Below are positions 61,257 to 64,000 of a DNA stretch of 64,000 nucleotides, in pieces. Within the stretch, counting starts at the first letter, position 1; each line of letters starts with the position of its first letter. Location of the stretch: NCBI GenBank assembly GCA_963789095.1, contig CAWBJK010000004.1:7334-71333 (forward strand), written 5' to 3'. A program made the translations under genes and the position numbers. The notes beneath the pieces are model-generated. The model saw nothing but the letters and a program-made list of their open reading frames with translations, was not told where the DNA came from and searched no databases. Source of the DNA: an uncultured Actinomycetota bacterium. Its GTDB lineage: Bacteria > Actinomycetota > Actinomycetes > Actinomycetales > Microbacteriaceae.

Positions 61257-64000
61257 GTGAGACGTCGACACCCCCTCTTCCCCGCATCCGCCGCGACCAT
61301 CGGACTCATCCTGGCCGCACTGGCGGCCCCCGCCGCCGCACACGCCGCCCCCGTCTCCGCCGTCGACTTCGAAGACGGCACGATGGGCACGTGGACCGCG
61401 AGCGGCCCGCCCGCCCTCGCCGTCATCGACGACCCCACCGGCGGCCCCGGCAAGGTTCTGAGCGTCTCGGGACGCACCGAGGGCTGGCACACCGTCCAGA
61501 GCGCGACCGGCCTGTTCGACGAAGGCGAGGAGTACACCCTCTCGGCGCGCGTCAACACTGCCGTCGCCGGACAGGCGCGCTTCATCGTGAAGGACGGCTA
61601 TCACTGGGTCGGCAACACCGACACCGCCGCCGGCGCCTGGACCACCGTGTCGGGCACCTTCACTGCCGACGCCGACGACACGCAGGTGTACATCGAGGTC
61701 GCTCCCGGCACGAGCGACTTCCTCCTCGACGACGTCGTGATCGAGCAGGCGGGAGGCGGCGGCGAGAATCCGCAGGAGCCGGGGACCGTGCTGATCGACG
61801 GGACGTTCGACGACGGCGAGCTCGGCGGATGGTCCCCCCGCGCCGGATCCGACACGTCGGCACCGGCCACCACGGTCGTCGCAGGCGGCGCCGCCGACAC
61901 CGCCTTCGCCGCCGAGGTGTCCAACCGGACGCACGAGGGCGACGGCATCCAGCTCGACGTCGCCGGCACACTGCTGGCCGGTCAGACCTACGCGCTGTCG
62001 GCCGCCGTGCGCTTCGCGCCCGGATCCGACGCCGGGCAGGGCCTCACCGTCTCGATGCGCACCGTGACGGGCGGGTCGACGAGCTACACCAACCTGCTGC
62101 AGATCGAGAACGCCACCGCCGCCGACTGGACCACCGTCGAAGGGCAGTTCACGGTGCCGGCGTATGACACCGCCGCGGAGCTGTACATCGAGGCGCGCTA
62201 CAACAGCGGCAACACCTCGACGTTCCTCGTCGACCAGGTGCGGGTGTGGGTCCCCGAGCCCGAAGTGGTCGACACCAGCCTCACGCCCCTCAAGGACTCC
62301 GTCGACTTCCCGCTCGGCGTCGCGATCGACTCGCGCGAGACCACGGGTTCTGCCTCGCAGCTGCTGCTCCACCACTTCGACCAGATCACGCCCGAGAACC
62401 ACATGAAGGTCGAGGCCTGGTACGACGCCGACAAGCAGTTCACGCGGCACGCTCAGGCCACCGCCCTCCTCGACTACGCGCGGGACAACGGTCTGCGGCT
62501 CTACGGCCACGTGCTGGTGTGGCACTCGCAGACTCCTGACTGGTTCTTCCAGGACGACACCGGTCGTGAGCTGACGTCGTCCGAAGCCGACAAGCAGTTC
62601 CTGCGCGAGCGACTCTGGACGCACATCGACGACGTCGCCAAGTCGATCGCCGACGACTACGGCCCCTACGGGTCCGCCACCAACCCGCTCGTCGCATGGG
62701 ACGTCGTCAACGAGGTCATCTCCGACCAGTCCACCGCGGACGGCCTCCGCACGAGCCGCTGGTACCAGGTGCTCGGCGAGGAGTACATCCACCTCGCGTT
62801 CCGCTACGCCGACGAAGCGTTCAACGATCGCTACGCCGCGGCCGGCACTGACCGCCCCGTCACGCTGTTCATCAACGACTACAACACCGAGCAAGACGTG
62901 AAGGGCGCGCAGTACGAGGCGCTCGTGAAGCGTCTCCTCGCCGCCGACGTGCCGATCGACGGCGTCGGCCATCAGTTCCATGTCTCGGTCAACACGTCGA
63001 TCGCGTCGCTCGACGCGGCCCTCGACCGGTTCGCCGGGCTCGGCCTGCTGCAGGAGGTCACCGAGCTCGACGTCACGATCAACCCCGCCACGGACGCCAC
63101 CCGCATCCGCCAGGGGCACTTCTACCGGGACGCGTTCGAGGTCTTCCGCAACTACCACGCGGCGGCACCGGTCGACGAGAAGCTGTTCGCGGCCACCGTC
63201 TGGGGGCTCACCGACAACCGTTCGTGGCGCTCCGAGCAGCAGCCGCTGCTGTTCGACGCGGCACTGCAGGCGAAGCCCGCCTACTTCGGTGCCGTCGGCG
63301 ACGACGACGGGCTGCCTCCGCTCGTGACCACCGCCAATGTGTTCCAGGGCGACGTCGCGATCGCCACCGGCTTCGCCGACGACATCGCGTGGCGGAACCT
63401 CCCCGAGAACCCGCTCACCGGCGGGGCGGGCGGCTTCCAGCTGCGCTGGAACGCCGACCATCTCACCGCCCTCGTGCGCACCACCGTCGCGCCCGAGCGG
63501 ATCGAGTTCACCTACGACGGCGCCGACTTCGTCTACACGCCGGGGGGCGCCAGCGGCACCCCTGCCGGCGCCGTCCCGGGCGCTACCGTCACGGTCGGAG
63601 GCGAGCGCTTCAGCGTCGTGCACCTGCCGCACACCGATGCCGCGCGTGGCGACACCGCCGCGTTCGACGTGCGGGTGGTGTCTGGCGGTTCGGTGGCCGG
63701 GGCGTGGAACTCGCCGGGCGCGACCGGGCAGCTCACCTTCCTCGAACCGCTGTCTTCGCTCGAGATCCCGCAGCTGGCGGCGCCGACGGTCGACGCGGTC
63801 GTCGACCCCGTGTGGACGCAGGCGGCGACCGCCACCACCGCGACCCGCGTCGAGGGCGATGCCGCCGGAGCCACCGCTCAGGTGCGCACCCTCTGGCAGG
63901 GCAACATCCTGTACACGCTGTTCGAGGTGACCGACCCGGTCGCCGACAACACCAACAGCGACCCGTGGAACCAGGACTCCGTGGAACTCTTCCTCGACCT
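61257..64000 (+). CDS. Secreted multidomain GH10 endo-1,4-beta-xylanase (two N-terminal CBM4/9/22-like modules, GH10 catalytic domain, C-terminal CBM9-like module); 3' end outside the window
   Basis: This ORF is not in the ORF track because it has no stop within the window; I translated it by hand. AAAGGAG RBS precedes GTG 61257. A signal peptide (RRRHPLFPASAATIGLILAALAAPAAAHA) is followed by the GH10 acid/base WDVVNE, the nucleophile EVTELDV, and the CBM9-like DPWNQDSVELFLD at the window edge. Confidence 0.85.
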   Translation, partial: MRRRHPLFPASAATIGLILAALAAPAAAHAAPVSAVDFEDGTMGTWTASGPPALAVIDDPTGGPGKVLSVSGRTEGWHTVQSATGLFDEGEEYTLSARVNTAVAGQARFIVKDGYHWVGNTDTAAGAWTTVSGTFTADADDTQVYIEVAPGTSDFLLDDVVIEQAGGGGENPQEPGTVLIDGTFDDGELGGWSPRAGSDTSAPATTVVAGGAADTAFAAEVSNRTHEGDGIQLDVAGTLLAGQTYALSAAVRFAPGSDAGQGLTVSMRTVTGGSTSYTNLLQIENATAADWTTVEGQFTVPAYDTAAELYIEARYNSGNTSTFLVDQVRVWVPEPEVVDTSLTPLKDSVDFPLGVAIDSRETTGSASQLLLHHFDQITPENHMKVEAWYDADKQFTRHAQATALLDYARDNGLRLYGHVLVWHSQTPDWFFQDDTGRELTSSEADKQFLRERLWTHIDDVAKSIADDYGPYGSATNPLVAWDVVNEVISDQSTADGLRTSRWYQVLGEEYIHLAFRYADEAFNDRYAAAGTDRPVTLFINDYNTEQDVKGAQYEALVKRLLAADVPIDGVGHQFHVSVNTSIASLDAALDRFAGLGLLQEVTELDVTINPATDATRIRQGHFYRDAFEVFRNYHAAAPVDEKLFAATVWGLTDNRSWRSEQQPLLFDAALQAKPAYFGAVGDDDGLPPLVTTANVFQGDVAIATGFADDIAWRNLPENPLTGGAGGFQLRWNADHLTALVRTTVAPERIEFTYDGADFVYTPGGASGTPAGAVPGATVTVGGERFSVVHLPHTDAARGDTAAFDVRVVSGGSVAGAWNSPGATGQLTFLEPLSSLEIPQLAAPTVDAVVDPVWTQAATATTATRVEGDAAGATAQVRTLWQGNILYTLFEVTDPVADNTNSDPWNQDSVELFLD

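Noticed and set aside
61176-63632. 818-aa minus-strand ORF
   Set aside because: It is antisense to the GH10 xylanase gene. The translation is Arg/Gly/Ala-rich with no motifs, typical of spurious open frames in very GC-rich DNA. The plus-strand frame has an RBS, a signal peptide and catalytic motifs.
1-64000. Search for CRISPR arrays, tRNA/rRNA genes, transposases, integrases and prophage genes
   Set aside because: No regularly spaced direct repeats, no tRNA-like cloverleaf candidates in the few long spacers, and no recombinase-like ORFs were seen. The only mobile-like signal is the small TIR-flanked repeat reported above.

Overview
Very GC-rich actinobacterial chromosomal segment. Gene content resembles Microbacteriaceae, which is inference only. 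I support about 55 protein genes and found no rRNA, tRNA, CRISPR array, transposase or integrase.

Recognisable blocks, in order:
- A 5'-truncated STAND NTPase.
- 5-oxoprolinase genes pxpBC and pxpA.
- A peptide-type ABC importer.
- A TetR-controlled phenylacetate (paa) catabolic cluster with a shared operator motif.
- A GH3 glycosidase.
- An FtsX/ABC module with a NarL-type two-component system.
- An Lrp-linked gene pair of unknown function.
- An MFS transporter, threonine aldolase and a DivIVA-like protein.
- A coupled Nudix-like and membrane AlbA_2 gene pair.
- An ABC-F ATPase with a long structured leader.
- The lhr-nei DNA repair pair.
- A xylose/xylan locus (xylB, xylA, a LacI-type regulator and a multidomain GH10 xylanase).

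The most unusual locus is a tightly packed four-gene minus-strand operon at 50658-56057. It encodes an ECF sigma factor, a small soluble partner protein, a signal-less S8 subtilase carrying a perfect (NPFTKT)n tandem array, and a TPR-CHAT caspase-like protease. I cannot assign it to any characterised system. I propose it as a sigma-coupled intracellular protease module, for signalling or conflict/defence.

Other notable observations:
- A small element flanked by terminal inverted repeats is present twice, once inside the ABC-F coding sequence.
- There are several perfect in-frame tandem repeats.
- A C13 homopolymer lies downstream of the CHAT gene.
- Four apparent gene-disrupting lesions: three frameshifts (pxpA, paaC, sensor kinase) and one in-frame amber codon (VOC gene).

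All homology calls are motif recognition by eye on the supplied translations. No database search was run.
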